A stretch of DNA of 64,000 nt from Chiloscyllium plagiosum (taxonomy: Eukaryota). Location: positions 7,560,130 to 7,624,129 of the forward strand of contig NC_057753.1 in assembly GCF_004010195.1 (NCBI RefSeq), read 5' to 3'. A program made the translations under genes and the position numbers. Positions 63,416 to 64,000 of this stretch are shown one piece after another; the stretch's first letter is position 1; each line of letters begins with the position of its first letter. Under the pieces are notes generated by a model that saw only the letters and a program-made list of their open reading frames with translations, was not told the origin of the DNA and ran no database searches.

Positions 63416-64000
63416 CGCACCAGAGTCTTATACAACTGCAACATGACCTCAGGACTCCGGAACTCAATTCCTCTACCAATAAAAGCCAGTACGCCATATG
63501 CCTTCTTCACCGCACTATTTACCTGGGTGGCAACTTTCAACGATCTGTGTGCATGGACACCAAGATCCCTCTGCTCATCCACACTACCAAGTATCCGACC
63601 ATTAGCCCAGTACCCCATCTTCTTGTTACTCTTACCAAAGTGAATCACCTCACACTTAGCTACATTGAACTCCATTTGCCACCTTTCTGCCCAGCTCTGC
63701 AGCTTATCTATATCCCGCTGTAACCTGCCACATCCTTCCCCACTGTCTACAACTCCTCCGACTTTCGTATCATCTGCAAACTTGCTCACCCAACCTTCTA
63801 ACCACTCCTATAGGTCATTTATAAAAATGACAAACAGCAATGGTCCCAAAACAGATCCTTGCGGAACACCGCTAGTGACGGCACTCCAAGATGAACCTTT
63901 GCCATCAACTACTACCCTCTGTCTTCTTTCGGCCAGCCAACTCCTAATCCAAACCTCCAACTCACCCTCAATGCCATACCTCCGTATTTTTTGCAGTAGT

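Larger units (their letters stand above)
62691..64000 (-). mobile_element. Young CR1 LINE, runs off the window
   Basis: KFADDTK...LYKTLVR (63298-63789) joins RPHLEYCVQFWSP (62867-63205) once the insertion is removed. Confidence 0.96.

Overview
Eukaryotic, repeat-dominated DNA, most likely from a cartilaginous fish (inferred from HE1-type SINEs, CR1/HER1-type LINEs, a GPR139-like receptor relic and a C2H2 zinc-finger relic). I found no intact host gene. Main contents: (1) three decayed Gypsy-type LTR retrotransposons, two near full length with the Gmr1-like gag-PR-IN-RT-RH order (~9.6-18.0 kb and ~27.2-37.5 kb); (2) a decayed endogenous retrovirus gag-pol (~4.5-7.6 kb); (3) several Penelope-like elements (PLEs), plus many 90-230 bp PLE terminal pieces carrying minimal hammerhead-ribozyme cores, some with 11-14 bp target-site duplications and fold-back structure; (4) many CR1 fragments, one Rex1/Babar fragment and SINEs; (5) a GPR139-like GPCR pseudogene (43.6-44.6 kb) and a zinc-finger pseudogene (59.0-59.8 kb); (6) a ~3.2 kb array of ~63-bp units, a degenerate ~37-bp array rich in RFX X-box-like motifs, and two assembly gaps. 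The strongest leads are the ribozyme-bearing mini-insertions and the apparently crossed LTR pairing of the two Gmr1-like elements. All comparisons were made by eye; boundaries are approximate unless a TSD or TG/CA terminus is quoted.
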